Source of the DNA: Wolbachia endosymbiont of Litomosoides sigmodontis
GTDB lineage: Bacteria > Pseudomonadota > Alphaproteobacteria > Rickettsiales > Anaplasmataceae
Assembly: GCF_013365435.1 (NCBI RefSeq)
Contig: NZ_CP046577.1
Coordinates: 750,001-782,000 of the forward strand
Length of the DNA: 32,000 bases
Direction: 5' to 3'
Below, piece after piece: positions 1 to 9,954 of this stretch. Below the pieces are notes generated by a model. The model did not search any database, was not told the origin of the DNA, and saw nothing but the letters and a program-made list of their open reading frames with translations. The translations under genes were made by a program, and so were the position numbers. Positions within the stretch are counted from its first letter, which is position 1. Each line of letters opens with the position of its first letter.

Positions 1-473
1 TCAATTGTTATCTCTCTAGGAATTAGTCTGAATCTTAGTTTGTCACCAAAATTTACTTTGATTCCAGTATCAACATAACGTCTTTTGCTGTAAGATTGAC
101 TGTTTCCAAATCCTACGTCCTTACACACTTCTTGTTTATTAAGGCCAGAATTATTAATTAACTTATCACTATAACTTGGTATTGAACCATCAGCACAAAA
201 TACAGCAGGTACAAGTACTTTTCTTGGATTTTTACCTTCTTTAAGAGGACAAAAATTTATCGACCCATCGAGAGTAAATTTGATTTCCTCACCTTTACTG
301 ATTACTTGACCAGAATCAATCCAATGAATTTTAGTACCTTTATCAGCTTTACGAACTGGAACATTTACATTAACGCTAGTATTTCTGCTCTGCAACCCAG
401 GTTCAACACAATCTATATTGCAATTAGTGATTGCGAAATATAGTATCAATAATAGCAATCTTCTATTTATCAT
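1..473 (-). CDS. virB6: VirB6-like type IV secretion protein, third tandem paralog (5' part only; the gene continues past the window start)
   Basis: My own translation of the minus strand from the ATG at 473-471 stays open to position 1 (MINRRLLLLILYFAITNCNIDCVEPGLQSRN...GSINFCPLKEG...RFRLIPREITI). It has a hydrophobic signal-like N-terminus. An xNFCP motif is shared with the N-domain of the upstream paralog (SKVNFCPQYED). Its ATG overlaps the TGA of the upstream ORF (ATGA at 470-473). It is missing from the ORF track because the window edge truncates it. The polytopic VirB6 domain lies outside the window, so the call rests on position and N-domain resemblance. Confidence 0.6.
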   Translation of the reverse strand, partial: MINRRLLLLILYFAITNCNIDCVEPGLQSRNTSVNVNVPVRKADKGTKIHWIDSGQVISKGEEIKFTLDGSINFCPLKEGKNPRKVLVPAVFCADGSIPSYSDKLINNSGLNKQEVCKDVGFGNSQSYSKRRYVDTGIKVNFGDKLRFRLIPREITI

Positions 474-2890
474 AATAGGCTACTACCTCCTCCTGTAGGA
501 GGTATTTTAGGCACGAGAGCTCTTTGCGGTATTTGGCCATTTTGGCTTGGTGCATTCAATTGTTGAGGAGCACCTCCTTCTCCGCTTCTTTCTCTTCTTT
601 GAACATTTTCCTCATCTAACCCTACTATTCCCATTAAACTCTGTTGATATTGTTTTCCAGGCTCGCTCATTATATAAACACCAAATAATGAGTCAGATAT
701 TTTTGAAGAAGCTTCAACTAAGGCCTTCATAGCGTGCCCCAAGATAACAAAAGCCATCATAGCAGTGATGTTAGGTGTATACTTGGAAGTATACCCGTGT
801 AGAATACAAGATTCAAAAATTTTCAGGTTAATATTAAGTATACATGTAGAACAGATTTCAAAATTAAACACTGAATATATGATATAATCCATAACTTGAC
901 TTATCAGTGATATAGAAATTAAAAGCACTACTGGATGAATCGCACATCTTGCTAGGTGCTTGATCCAATTGTGAAACATCTGCCTAGTATACGCAAATAG
1001 AAGGAAAATAATAAAAATAGGTGCTAAAGATAGCAATAACACAACTATTGCCATGGATATAATAAAAGAAAATAGAGCATTAAAAATAGATAAGCTCACT
1101 GTTATTAAACCCCAAATTACTAAACAGAAAGATACAATGCCCAAAGGGCCAGAAAATATAAGAGACACTATTAATAACACTGAATGTGATGATAAAAATC
1201 TATTTAACGGTAAATCGAGAAACTCAAAAACATTTGATGTCGTGCCCCTGAAGTTTGCTATTTCTATTAAATGTTTTGGAGCATCAATAAAAATAGAGAA
1301 TGCACTGTTATAGAAAAAACTCCAACTGCCATCCTGTAATAACTGGGCAATAGCTCCTATCTTTACGCATATAATCAAAAATTCATATATAGAAATATGA
1401 GATAATCCAAAAAAGTAATAAATGGTATATAAGATTACATATAATATTAACAGTGATACTATTGTAGATCTAATAGTTTTTGCCCTGCCAGATAATATAA
1501 AACTCTGGTAAAGAGACTTAGCAGAGCTAGTATCAGAACGAATTGCGTTAAGGTCTTTGTAGCTAGAGCCAAAAAATATAGTTTTTATTTTCTCATCAAA
1601 AAAATTATATATTGCGCTGAAGGTTTTTATAGGTGGCTTTTTGATTGTTAAGTTAATGCTAAATTGACCTTCATTTTTTTCATAACTGCAGCCATGATCC
1701 TTTATTCCGTAATATATAGTGCCGTTTTTGCCTTTTAATTTTTCTTTTAAGTCTTCCATATACCGAATATCATGAATTCTACCAATGTCTACAGGTATAT
1801 CTCCCTGATTTTCACCAGGGTTATGCTCAGGAAATTTATTAGAAACTCGTATATATAAGTTATCTTTTAGGCTATGTTTTTTTGTTACTCTTATGTTGAA
1901 ACCACCTTTACCACCGCTGTCACCTAACTTAAAAGTTAATTTTGGTACTGGATGGTCATTATCTATTTTGTAATCACAATTAGTACATATGCCACCTGTT
2001 GGAATGGGTTTAAATTTTTCACCATCCATGTCAATACTTAATAATGTAATGCCAGTCTTTACCTGCCTTTCCTTCAGTATTTTACTAATAGCTTCAACAT
2101 CAATAGATTTACCATTAGCACTATTAATGGACTGAAATATCTCAACTCCTACATTATTGTATTCAGGATATACACAACTCTTATTTTCGTTGCTAGAAGC
2201 AAATTCACATATATGTCCACAGAGTAAATTTAAAATGCGCGTATCTATCTCACCTTTCTGATCATTTGAAAGACTGCTGCAATCTATGCTTTTTTCTTGT
2301 TTTATAGAATATATAATACTTTTAATTTTCTCCTCATTTTGATCTAACTTCGAAAAATTTGAATTCCAGTACTCCTTTCCATTTAACCATTGTAGATTGC
2401 CTATAATATATTTATTAGGACATATTGTGTACTGATATTTTCCACCCAGCCATATTGGCTGACATTCATTTTGATTTAAAACATGTGCAAAATACTCTGT
2501 TTCTTGCTCTCTGCACTTTTCATCGATTTTTATATACCTAATTGTATCATCTTTTTTGTTTTTACACATTTTATTTCCAATGACACTAAAGCTTATCGAA
2601 TCACCTGCTCTAAGCGCAAATGGCAATGTGCGTGGAATTGTACCGTTATCTACTTCAGGTCTAATTGCAAAATCTTCATACTGCGGACAAAAATTGACCT
2701 TGCTAGGCACTATATTAATTTCCGTTACTTTTATTCTATCTGAAATGTAAACACTAGAATCAACCCACTTCTGTTGTGTTGAGACCACATTTAATTTTTC
2801 TTGCAAATTTGACAAATTCTCTGGCTTAATACAGCGATTCTCGCAACTAGATAATAAGAAGATTGCTAATACTAACAAAAACTTACGCAT
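470..2890 (-). CDS. virB6: VirB6/TrbL-family type IV secretion inner-membrane protein, second tandem paralog, with a large N-terminal extracytoplasmic domain
   Basis: 806-aa ORF with an ATG start. The N-terminus has a signal plus lipobox-like LLSSC. A hydrophilic Cys-containing domain of about 450 aa follows. After that come many hydrophobic helices (IVSLLILYVILYTIYYFFGL, LLIVSLIFSGPLGIVSFCLVIWGLI, IISMAIVVLLLSLAPIFIIFLLFAY, HPVVLLISISLISQVMDYIIY). It ends in a Gly/Pro/Gln-rich tail. It sits downstream of virB4 and another virB6-like gene, as in Rickettsiales rvh operons. The family call comes from architecture and context. Confidence 0.8.
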   Translation of the reverse strand: MRKFLLVLAIFLLSSCENRCIKPENLSNLQEKLNVVSTQQKWVDSSVYISDRIKVTEINIVPSKVNFCPQYEDFAIRPEVDNGTIPRTLPFALRAGDSISFSVIGNKMCKNKKDDTIRYIKIDEKCREQETEYFAHVLNQNECQPIWLGGKYQYTICPNKYIIGNLQWLNGKEYWNSNFSKLDQNEEKIKSIIYSIKQEKSIDCSSLSNDQKGEIDTRILNLLCGHICEFASSNENKSCVYPEYNNVGVEIFQSINSANGKSIDVEAISKILKERQVKTGITLLSIDMDGEKFKPIPTGGICTNCDYKIDNDHPVPKLTFKLGDSGGKGGFNIRVTKKHSLKDNLYIRVSNKFPEHNPGENQGDIPVDIGRIHDIRYMEDLKEKLKGKNGTIYYGIKDHGCSYEKNEGQFSINLTIKKPPIKTFSAIYNFFDEKIKTIFFGSSYKDLNAIRSDTSSAKSLYQSFILSGRAKTIRSTIVSLLILYVILYTIYYFFGLSHISIYEFLIICVKIGAIAQLLQDGSWSFFYNSAFSIFIDAPKHLIEIANFRGTTSNVFEFLDLPLNRFLSSHSVLLIVSLIFSGPLGIVSFCLVIWGLITVSLSIFNALFSFIISMAIVVLLLSLAPIFIIFLLFAYTRQMFHNWIKHLARCAIHPVVLLISISLISQVMDYIIYSVFNFEICSTCILNINLKIFESCILHGYTSKYTPNITAMMAFVILGHAMKALVEASSKISDSLFGVYIMSEPGKQYQQSLMGIVGLDEENVQRRERSGEGGAPQQLNAPSQNGQIPQRALVPKIPPTGGGSSLL

Positions 2891-2940
2891 AGCTTATCAA
2901 GTTTTAGTCACTTAAATATTTAAGCATCTTTTACCCATCT

Positions 2941-5598
2941 TTAACTTCTAGTGCCACTAATACCTTTAAGATTACCATTTTCAGTAGAGTTATCAGCTCC
3001 ACTAGCAGCACTTTGTACAGCGTCAGCAGTACCTTTAATATCTTCTCCAGTAGCAGCTGCTTCAGAAGCAACAATAGCAGAGGAGGATCGTCCATCTTTA
3101 TCATCAGCATCTTCAGATGCAAGAGCTCTTGAATCATCCCTTGCCTTCTGAGCTTCTTTAGCAGCTCCAGCAACATCTCCAGAGTGAGCCTTACCAACAG
3201 CTCCAGCAATAGCTTTAGCTGCAGAGAAAGCTTTAGACATCATTTTCCCATGTGTAGTACCAGAACTGAGTGCCGCTCTATGATTACCAGAAAGTTCTGC
3301 AGCCATATCAGGAAGAATGCTCAAGAAATGATAAAATAGGAATAGTATTAGAGCTAATTTAAACAATTCTCCGATGAGAGAATTACTAAACTCCACATAT
3401 GTAAAATCAAATAGACCAAGTATGCTGCTCTTCTCCCATTTGTAATTTTGCATCATGCATGCAAGAGTATTTTCATTTTTATCACATTCACCACTTTGCA
3501 ATTTAAACCACTGTTTCTCTTTGCCTAATATTTTGATCTTTTCTTCTTTTTCAAAATGTAAACCTTTAAAATAGATTTTATCACATGCTATGAACATAAA
3601 GGACAAAAACGCAAAAAGCATAACTGGATATAGGCTATAGGTAATCAATTCTCTTAGCCACCCATCAAAGTATCCTTTAGTATATTGGAACAAAACCATA
3701 GGGATAAATAGGGGTGATAAAGTAATGATTATGCTCAAAGCAATGAGGGATAAGATAAACACATAGCACAGCCATAAAATAACCATCATCATCATAACAG
3801 CCATAAATATAGCAACAAGGGCTACTAAGATCTGTCCACCAGCACAAATAATACCTATTATTGAACTTGCAATTAACAAAGCAGGAGCAGCGCCTAGCAA
3901 AACAGCCAATATTCCTACACCTCCAGTACCAATTTTGCCAGCAATTCCATCCAAAGGGGCACCTAGATAAAATAAAATTCTACAGTCAAGCCTATCCCAA
4001 GGTGCAAGATAACTGTAATTTGTTGTATCACTTTTGTAATCTTTCGCTTCATAATTACATATACCTTTACTTTCAGACGATGCTTTTAATACTATCTCCG
4101 ATAAACCATTTGAAAGTTTTGTTAATTCTCCATAATAATGAGACATGGTATTGCCTGTTGTGAAGTAAATCACTAAAGCAAATTTAATGATTAACATGTA
4201 CATTTCCTGAGGGCTACGAACCCCACCAGACATAGCTTTTATAGAGAACAATATTAAAGCTAGAACCAAAACAGCAGTAATGGTGTTCTTCAGCCTTTTC
4301 TGTGCTATAGATATAAAGCTTTCACCATTTGGTGCACCTTTACCTGCAATTAAATTATCCAATGATTCCTTAATGCATTGCACTATCATAGAAGTTATAG
4401 GAATAGGAGCCAATGATTTACTTCCGTCCTGATTATAGCAAGCTTCAGAGACATATGAGCTAAAACAGCCTTTATTATCATAACCTATAAAAATTTCCCT
4501 TTTTTCTTCCCTTTCTTTTATTAGAGTTTTGTAATCTTTACTCTCATTCTCTTTAAGAAGAGCCTTAATAGGATCTGAGTCTGTGACAATTACACCATCC
4601 TTGCTTTTAAATTTCATCTTAGATTCATCACACATAGGAGCAAGTAGATCAGGTGGCAATTCTGTACATCCCACATTAACCCCTTGCGGCCAAGGAGTCA
4701 TTAAGATACCAAGCATATTAATACTAGCCAACTCTACACACAACTTACCCATCTTTCTTAGCGCTTTAAATGTTGACCCATATATAGTTTTGCTCTGTCC
4801 AGCTTTAAGAATTTTACATTCTAGGTCGCCATCAATTTTCGGAGACCATGACCCATTTACATATCCAGTATCTTTTTCTCTGACATCAAAGTTTATATAT
4901 CCATCTTCCCCTCTGTGATCGAAATTTTCCTTTTTAAAAAGATTACTAAATGTTAAAGGGTTGCGATGACATACTTCTATATATTCACTGTACTGCACAC
5001 TATTCTTTGGCCAATAATAACTTCTTACATTGTTCTGAATATTGGAGTTCAAAGCTTCTTTTTCTGCTCTTTTTCCATCGTAGTCCTTTTTGTTTATGTT
5101 TTCTCGAGCTTTATTTTGCAAACAAGAAAAATATTCGTCCTCTTTCTGATAATTCTTATTAGTACAATCCGCATATCCTCCATCTAATAGTGCAAAATCT
5201 CTATATCCTCCATCGTAATCACGTGCAACTGGATGTCTAACAAAACTATGTTCACAAACAACAAGTCCTCCTATTGCTTTCCAAACCCCAACAATTGCAG
5301 CTATCATTCCAACAATAACAAGAGCAGTAAATAAGCCAGCGGGAGAGAGGATCAAAACAATGCCAGTCCATATTGTACCAATGGCAATTGCTATTCCTGC
5401 AATGGCTGCAGCTGTTTTAAAAGCTCCACAGTCAGGATTAGAGGCACGACTAAAATTGCCAGCAGAATTAAATCTGCTAACAAATTCTGTCTTGCCAGTA
5501 CTATTTATTTCGTCTGCTAATGCTGGACACGAGAGCAAAAAATCCATATTCAGTAAAAATATTGCAATTAATAGCAATAACAGTTTAATCTTAAACAT
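2941..5598 (-). CDS. virB6: VirB6/TrbL-family type IV secretion inner-membrane protein, first tandem paralog, with extended N-domain and Ala/Gly/Ser/Asp-rich C-terminal tail
   Basis: 885-aa ORF. Its ATG overlaps the virB4 stop by 8 nt (ATGTTTAA at 5591-5598). It has a signal/lipobox-like FLLSC, then early TM helices and a hydrophilic domain. A polytopic core follows (LIASSIIGIICAGGQILVALVAIFMAVMMMMVILWLCYVFILSLIALSIIITLSPLFIPMVLFQYTKGYFDGWLRELITYSLYPVMLFAFLSF), typical of TrbL/VirB6. The C-terminal part of roughly 100 aa is low-complexity. Confidence 0.85.
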   Translation of the reverse strand: MFKIKLLLLLIAIFLLNMDFLLSCPALADEINSTGKTEFVSRFNSAGNFSRASNPDCGAFKTAAAIAGIAIAIGTIWTGIVLILSPAGLFTALVIVGMIAAIVGVWKAIGGLVVCEHSFVRHPVARDYDGGYRDFALLDGGYADCTNKNYQKEDEYFSCLQNKARENINKKDYDGKRAEKEALNSNIQNNVRSYYWPKNSVQYSEYIEVCHRNPLTFSNLFKKENFDHRGEDGYINFDVREKDTGYVNGSWSPKIDGDLECKILKAGQSKTIYGSTFKALRKMGKLCVELASINMLGILMTPWPQGVNVGCTELPPDLLAPMCDESKMKFKSKDGVIVTDSDPIKALLKENESKDYKTLIKEREEKREIFIGYDNKGCFSSYVSEACYNQDGSKSLAPIPITSMIVQCIKESLDNLIAGKGAPNGESFISIAQKRLKNTITAVLVLALILFSIKAMSGGVRSPQEMYMLIIKFALVIYFTTGNTMSHYYGELTKLSNGLSEIVLKASSESKGICNYEAKDYKSDTTNYSYLAPWDRLDCRILFYLGAPLDGIAGKIGTGGVGILAVLLGAAPALLIASSIIGIICAGGQILVALVAIFMAVMMMMVILWLCYVFILSLIALSIIITLSPLFIPMVLFQYTKGYFDGWLRELITYSLYPVMLFAFLSFMFIACDKIYFKGLHFEKEEKIKILGKEKQWFKLQSGECDKNENTLACMMQNYKWEKSSILGLFDFTYVEFSNSLIGELFKLALILFLFYHFLSILPDMAAELSGNHRAALSSGTTHGKMMSKAFSAAKAIAGAVGKAHSGDVAGAAKEAQKARDDSRALASEDADDKDGRSSSAIVASEAAATGEDIKGTADAVQSAASGADNSTENGNLKGISGTRS

Positions 5599-7996
5599 TT
5601 TTTACCTTTTGATAAAATATAGGCAACCATACTTTCGGATCATCTCCGACTTTTTTTAATATATCATGTAATAGTATGACGCTCTCTGCACGTCCAGATA
5701 ACACGTTGACTATATCATCTAAACCTTTTAGGTCTATTCTAGCTACTACGGCATTAACTCCTTGTTTTACCAAAAAAAACCTAGTACTCGGATCTGTATG
5801 TTTGATTAGTATATACTCACGTTCAGTCAACATAAAAACATCCCGGTAGACACTAGTAGCCTTTAGATTTGGCAAAAAAATCTGTGTTGCTGTTTGCTGT
5901 ACAAGCGTATCACTAATAGCACTTTTACTTGCATCTTCAACGCTCTGAGTAGCAAAAATCACAAAAGCATTTAATTTTCTCAGTACTTTTAACCAATCCT
6001 TTACCTTTGGTGCAAAAACTGGATTATCTATTAATGCCCATGCTTCATCAAGAACGATAATAGATGGAGTGCCATCAAGAGATATACTAATCCTGTGAAA
6101 CAAATAAACCAAGACCGGTCCAAGAGCAACAGGATCTTTGAGCAAGCTAGCCATTTCAAAACCAAATACCCTTGCTTTTGAAAAATCTAGCAAATCTTCT
6201 TTGTTGTCAAATATTGCAGCATGAGAACCGTTACCATGCCACATAGATATTGCTCCAGCTAGAGTATCAGGACCTGCCAGCCCTAAAAATGGTACTAGAT
6301 TTCTTAAGAACCTGTCTTCTTTTCTTAATTTAAAATTTCCCTCAATTGCATCATTAATTCGCGCAATATCCTCCGAAGTAAATTTATCATTATACACTGA
6401 AATTAAAGACTTTACCCATTCCATTAAGAATGTTCTATTGTTAGGAGTATCATCAAGCTGCAGAGGATTAAAATTCGTCTTAGTTCTTGGTTCTATCAGA
6501 GTATACATACCACCAAGTGCTCTTAGGAAAATTTCCGCACCGCGGTCTTTATCAAAAAAAAACATTCTTGGAGAAAATTTCATTGCCTGGGCACATAGAA
6601 AATTCATTAAAACAGTTTTACCAGTACCAGTTGGACCGATTATCATAGTATGTCCAACGTCCCTTATATGAAAATTGAAGAAAAATGGAGTGCCAGATGT
6701 TGTGTCAAAGACTGTTACGGCATCTCCCCAGTGGTTATTAAATTTATTACCGGTAGGATAATTATGTTGGGATACAAAACCAGCTAAATTAAGACTGCTT
6801 ATTGTACCTTTCCTTACTATGTAATCAAAATTACCAGGAATTTGTGCCCAAAATGCTGGTTCAAGATTAACTCTTTCACGAATAGGGTAAACACCACAAT
6901 TAGAAAGCTCAGACTCTACAAATGATAAAGCATTATCCAATGACTTAGGGCTTTTTTCTATACATAAGATGGTTAAGTGATGTTCACCAAACACAATTCT
7001 ACCACTCATTGCATCATCAAGTGCATGAGAAATTTCTGCGATTTGAGAAATGGCTTTGTCTGCAGATTGTATCATCCGATTTTGCTGTATCTGCATTTTG
7101 GCAATTGCCATTTGTTTATTTGTAAACTGGAAAGACTGCGTAATAATAAATTCATAAGGAAGTTGTAAAAAGTGATCAAGCATTCCTGCACAAGTACTAT
7201 TTCCATATTCTTTGATACTAACTATTCCAGCGTATTTACTCTCATTATGAGTTACAACCTGTATCATCTTACGGCCAAAAAATAATCTATGTACCGGTAA
7301 GTATCTTGATATTTCAGTTTTTAGCGGAAGGAGTGCATTTGTAATGAAGCCACAATTCACGATCCTAGATAAGAATTCCATTATTTCACAGAATAGACCG
7401 TTTGGGGTTTCTTTTACCCCAAGAATTTTGGGCGAATAATTTCTAAGGTTTGTCATTATACGGTTTGTCGTCTCTTCTAAATCTTCATAGGTAGCACGCA
7501 TATTGCCTTCCCAAGCATGTTTTGAAGTTACATGTCCAAATTTTTTTAGTAAATATGATAAAAATTCTACTCCTTTTGTGTCTGCTCTACGAATAATTGT
7601 AATGTATAGATCATTGATAAATGACTGCCTTGTTGCACATTTTTCTCTCCATTTTAAATTTACATAATTGGCAAAAAAGTTTGGAAAATTTTGACCTGCA
7701 AATTCATCAGAAAAAATATTTTTCTTACGCCTGATAGTATGAAAATATAAACCAAATGCTGGAGATGAAATACTTCTTAGCATCTGATTCCTGATATTGT
7801 TTTGTATTACTAGATCTTCATCATCAGCTGTTTCAAATGCAAAGCCACTCAATTTGATGAACTTAACTAACCAATCTTGCTTAGTTATCAAGGTCGTGCT
7901 ATTCCAATAACAAGAATAAGGAATAAACTCAGCAGCGTGAACTTCCCTGCTTAGAATAGACTTATTCCTTGATTGGATAGCTCTGAATCTCAGCAT
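5591..7996 (-). CDS. virB4: Type IV secretion ATPase VirB4
   Basis: 801-aa ORF with an ATG start. Walker A IIGPTGTGKTVLMNF, Walker B IIVLDEAW and the VIFATQSVEDA motif are present. Its size and its position between virB3 and virB6 fit VirB4. Confidence 0.95.
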   Translation of the reverse strand: MLRFRAIQSRNKSILSREVHAAEFIPYSCYWNSTTLITKQDWLVKFIKLSGFAFETADDEDLVIQNNIRNQMLRSISSPAFGLYFHTIRRKKNIFSDEFAGQNFPNFFANYVNLKWREKCATRQSFINDLYITIIRRADTKGVEFLSYLLKKFGHVTSKHAWEGNMRATYEDLEETTNRIMTNLRNYSPKILGVKETPNGLFCEIMEFLSRIVNCGFITNALLPLKTEISRYLPVHRLFFGRKMIQVVTHNESKYAGIVSIKEYGNSTCAGMLDHFLQLPYEFIITQSFQFTNKQMAIAKMQIQQNRMIQSADKAISQIAEISHALDDAMSGRIVFGEHHLTILCIEKSPKSLDNALSFVESELSNCGVYPIRERVNLEPAFWAQIPGNFDYIVRKGTISSLNLAGFVSQHNYPTGNKFNNHWGDAVTVFDTTSGTPFFFNFHIRDVGHTMIIGPTGTGKTVLMNFLCAQAMKFSPRMFFFDKDRGAEIFLRALGGMYTLIEPRTKTNFNPLQLDDTPNNRTFLMEWVKSLISVYNDKFTSEDIARINDAIEGNFKLRKEDRFLRNLVPFLGLAGPDTLAGAISMWHGNGSHAAIFDNKEDLLDFSKARVFGFEMASLLKDPVALGPVLVYLFHRISISLDGTPSIIVLDEAWALIDNPVFAPKVKDWLKVLRKLNAFVIFATQSVEDASKSAISDTLVQQTATQIFLPNLKATSVYRDVFMLTEREYILIKHTDPSTRFFLVKQGVNAVVARIDLKGLDDIVNVLSGRAESVILLHDILKKVGDDPKVWLPIFYQKVKNV

Positions 7997-8005
7997 CGCA
8001 TAACA

Positions 8006-8302
8006 TTAAGTAATGTCGTAAGAATTGGCTCCATGGTGAAAACGATTCAAACATTTTGAGCATTTTCCTAATTTTACCATAAATAATTCAATAAACAACG
8101 GTTCTTTTGTAGAAGCTATATAACCAAGTCCATGTATTCCTGGTAACATCAAAAGAATTACTCTAAGATCGTTTGAATTAATAAAAATTAGCATGCAAAT
8201 TAGGACGTTTAGTATTGCAAACATATAACTTACACCAAAAAGCATTGCAGGTCGTGTAAGACCTTTAAATAACTGATCTGTTTGTATGCTGCCTGTGGAC
8301 AT
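8006..8302 (-). CDS. virB3: Type IV secretion protein VirB3
   Basis: Small two-TM protein containing LFKGLTRPAMLFGVSYMF, a VirB3-type KGLTRP...GV motif, immediately upstream of virB4. The maximal ORF starts at a GTG (8332). I prefer the ATG at 8302, which gives MSTGSIQTDQLF..., because AGAAAGG lies 5 nt upstream. The ATG at 8317 is an alternative. Confidence 0.85.
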   Translation of the reverse strand: MSTGSIQTDQLFKGLTRPAMLFGVSYMFAILNVLICMLIFINSNDLRVILLMLPGIHGLGYIASTKEPLFIELFMVKLGKCSKCLNRFHHGANSYDIT

Positions 8303-8405
8303 ATGTACCTTTCTCATTAATAGCTCTAACACTAATACTACATCATTAATTAAAAATCCATTGAAATGAGCGACATTTTAGGTAAGATAATTAATTTAAT
8401 CATCA

Positions 8406-9941
8406 ATGATGAGCTGGCCATTTCATGAAGCAGAAAAGGTATTGCAAGAATTTCCTGATAAAAAAGAGATAATATTTGAAACTGGCTATGGGCCTTCTGG
8501 CTTGCCACACATTGGTACTTTTGGAGAAGTTTTTCGTACTACAGTTGTTGCAAATGCACTAAAGAAAATAGCTCCTGAAATAAAAATTAAAATCATTGCA
8601 GTTTCCGATGATATGGATGGTTTACGAAAAATACCAGATAATGTACCAAATCAGGAAATGCTAAGAGAACATTTAAATAAGCCGTTGACTATGATACCAG
8701 ACCCATTTAGCATTCATGAAAGTTACGGCCATCATATGAATTCGCTGTTGTGTAAATTTCTTGATTTATTCGAGTTCGAATACGAATTTAGAAGTGCTAC
8801 AGAGTGTTATAAGTCTGGCATTTACGATGAAAAACTTTTGCTCTTGCTGAAAAATTATGATAAAGTGATGGATATAATGCTTCCATCGTTTCGAGTAGAA
8901 AGGCAGGAGACATATAGTCCATTCTTGCCTATATGTCCGAAAACTTCTCAAGTTTTACAGGTTTCAGTAATTGAAAGGAATACAAATAAAGGAACTATCA
9001 TATACAAGGACCAAAATGGAGAAAAAATAGAAATTCCTGTGACGAAAGGAAGGTGTAAATTGCAATGGAAACCGGATTGGGGAATGAGGTGGGCCGCATT
9101 TAGAGTCAATTACGAAGCTCATGGCAAAGATTTGACTCCATCTGCTGTACTTTCAAGTCAAATATGTGAAATTCTTGGAGAAAAGCCACCACTTCTGTTT
9201 TGCTACGAATTTTTTCTTGATAAAGAAGGAAAGAAAATATCAAAATCAAAAGGAAATGGCATTTCACTTGAGAAATGGTTAACTTACGCACCGACAGAAA
9301 GTTTAGCGTTATATATTTTTCAGAGTCCTAAAAAAGCTAAACGTCTATACTTTGATGTAATACCAAAATCAACTGATGAATATTTAGAGTTTGTTAAGCG
9401 TTACAATGAGGGTAAAGAGAAAGATATAAATAATCCTGCTTGGCATATTCACCATAGCAAAGTTCCAAACGTGGAAACTTCAGGTATAAATTTCTCATTG
9501 CTCTTAAACTTAGTAGCAGCCTGTAACGCTGAAAACAAAGAGATTCTTTGGGGTTTTATATCCACTTATATACCGAACATTACACCAGAAAATAACAAGA
9601 TGCTCGACAGGCTTTCAGATTTTGCAGTCAGATATTATCACGACTTTGTTAAGCCAACAAAAGCGTATAAAGCTCCAAATGAAAAAGAGAAAGAAGCGTT
9701 ACTAGATCTAAGAAATATCTTGCATTCCTTACCTATTACGGCCATTGCTGAAGAAATTCAATCTCAGATTTTTTCTATCGGAAAAAAACACAATTATAAC
9801 AATTTACGCGATTGGTTCCAGTTGCTGTACGAAACGCTGCTTGGCCAAAAAACCGGCCCGAGAATGGGGTCTTTTATCAAACTTTACGGAGTAAATAATA
9901 CAATTTCTCTTATAGACAATGCTATTGGACGTACACTTTAG
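8406..9941 (+). CDS. lysK: Lysyl-tRNA synthetase, class I
   Basis: 511-aa ORF. It has the HIGH-type motif GLPHIGTFGE and the KMSKS-type motif KKISKSKGNG. Length and overall pattern match archaeal/Rickettsiales-type class I LysRS. It is divergent from virB3, with about 100 bp between the starts. Confidence 0.92.
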   Translation: MMSWPFHEAEKVLQEFPDKKEIIFETGYGPSGLPHIGTFGEVFRTTVVANALKKIAPEIKIKIIAVSDDMDGLRKIPDNVPNQEMLREHLNKPLTMIPDPFSIHESYGHHMNSLLCKFLDLFEFEYEFRSATECYKSGIYDEKLLLLLKNYDKVMDIMLPSFRVERQETYSPFLPICPKTSQVLQVSVIERNTNKGTIIYKDQNGEKIEIPVTKGRCKLQWKPDWGMRWAAFRVNYEAHGKDLTPSAVLSSQICEILGEKPPLLFCYEFFLDKEGKKISKSKGNGISLEKWLTYAPTESLALYIFQSPKKAKRLYFDVIPKSTDEYLEFVKRYNEGKEKDINNPAWHIHHSKVPNVETSGINFSLLLNLVAACNAENKEILWGFISTYIPNITPENNKMLDRLSDFAVRYYHDFVKPTKAYKAPNEKEKEALLDLRNILHSLPITAIAEEIQSQIFSIGKKHNYNNLRDWFQLLYETLLGQKTGPRMGSFIKLYGVNNTISLIDNAIGRTL

Positions 9942-9954
9942 AGTTCTTTATTCA

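Noticed and set aside
2931-3209. 92-aa minus and 66-aa plus ORFs overlapping the 3' end of virB6 paralog 1
   Set aside because: These are alternative frames of the GC-richer, repetitive Ala/Gly/Ser-coding tail. The Leu/Lys-repeat product is a frame artefact.
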